Shown piece after piece: positions 49,331 through 49,865 of a DNA stretch of 49,865 nucleotides. Source of the stretch: an uncultured Planctomycetaceae bacterium. GTDB taxonomy: Bacteria > Planctomycetota > Phycisphaerae > SM23-33. Below the pieces are notes generated by a model. It was not told where the DNA came from and made no database searches. It saw nothing but the letters and a program-made list of their open reading frames with translations. The first letter of the stretch is position 1; each line of letters starts with the position of its first letter. A program made the position numbers and the translations under genes. The stretch covers positions 1 to 49,865 of the forward strand of contig CAZMBZ010000002.1 in the NCBI GenBank assembly GCA_964564285.1. Direction: 5' to 3'.

Positions 49331-49831
49331 ATGTTAATCATCATCGAAACATCCGAGGGCACGATCAAGGCTGACCTCGACGATAAAAATGCCCCGGTAA
49401 CCGTTGAGAACTTCATGGCCTATATAGATGACGGCCATTATGACGGCACGATCTTCCACCGCGTGATCCCCAAGTTCATGATCCAGGGCGGCGGGTTCAC
49501 ACCGGACATGAATCAGAAGCCCACCAAGGCCCAGATTCGCAACGAGGCCGGCAACGGTCTGACGAATGATCGTGGCACACTGGCGATGGCCAGGACCAGC
49601 GTCGTCGACAGCGCCAGCAGCCAGTTCTTCATGAACACGGCTGACAACGCCTTCCTCAATCATACCGGCGAGACGCCCGACGCCTTCGGCTACGCGGTGT
49701 TCGGCAAGGTGGTCGAGGGGCTCGACGTTCTTGATTGCATCGAAAAGGTTCCCACCGGGCGTTCCGGCCAGCACGACGACGTGCCGGTCCAGCCGGTTAT
49801 CATAAATTGTATCCGTCGGGCTGAGGACTGA
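49331..49831 (+). CDS. Cyclophilin-type peptidyl-prolyl cis-trans isomerase, cytoplasmic form
   Basis: No signal peptide. Contains FHRVIPKFMIQGGGF, GTLAMAR and SQFFMN. Confidence 0.9.
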   Translation: MLIIIETSEGTIKADLDDKNAPVTVENFMAYIDDGHYDGTIFHRVIPKFMIQGGGFTPDMNQKPTKAQIRNEAGNGLTNDRGTLAMARTSVVDSASSQFFMNTADNAFLNHTGETPDAFGYAVFGKVVEGLDVLDCIEKVPTGRSGQHDDVPVQPVIINCIRRAED

Positions 49832-49865
49832 CCTCCGCGACATCCGCTGTCTGGAAATTTTACGG

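Overview
This is a GC-rich bacterial chromosomal segment. The gene order and several protein features suggest a PVC/Planctomycetota-like organism, but that is inference only.

About two thirds of the window (14.6-47.9 kb) is one co-directional plus-strand block of housekeeping translation and transcription genes:
- tRNA-Thr, tuf, rpmG, tRNA-Trp, secE, nusG, rplK-rplA-rplJ-rplL and rpoB-rpoC.
- rpsL-rpsG, a 458-nt gap, then fusA.
- The S10/spc/alpha operons (rpsJ through rplQ), including secY-adk-map-rpmJ. rpmG and rpmJ are too short for the supplied ORF track and were found by hand translation.

The left 14.5 kb is accessory and is the most interesting part:
- A promoter-preceded, translationally coupled four-gene cassette. 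It encodes an atypically long ACP, a FabZ-like hotdog dehydratase, a ketosynthase-like protein lacking the catalytic Cys and second His, and an intact FabF-like ketosynthase.
- On the same strand follow two tandem paralogs (zinc ribbon, Pro-rich linker, DUF4190-like membrane domain), a membrane-anchored alpha/beta hydrolase and a GH3-family adenylating enzyme.
- A 23-bp perfect inverted repeat lies between the hydrolase and GH3 genes. Each arm carries tandem stop codons in all three frames.
- Next come a 26-bp perfect hairpin between convergent genes, a clan GH-A-like glycosidase, a Cache/HAMP/SpoIIE sensor phosphatase, a DUF2520-type Rossmann protein, an orphan HicB-like antitoxin and folD.

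The right end carries a HIT protein and two cyclophilins.

I saw no CRISPR array, IS/transposase, integrase or rRNA. My lead candidate for something undescribed is the ACP/dehydratase/KS pair cassette with its co-directional neighbours, as a possible specialised acyl-lipid pathway. That is an inference from motifs and synteny, not a demonstrated system.
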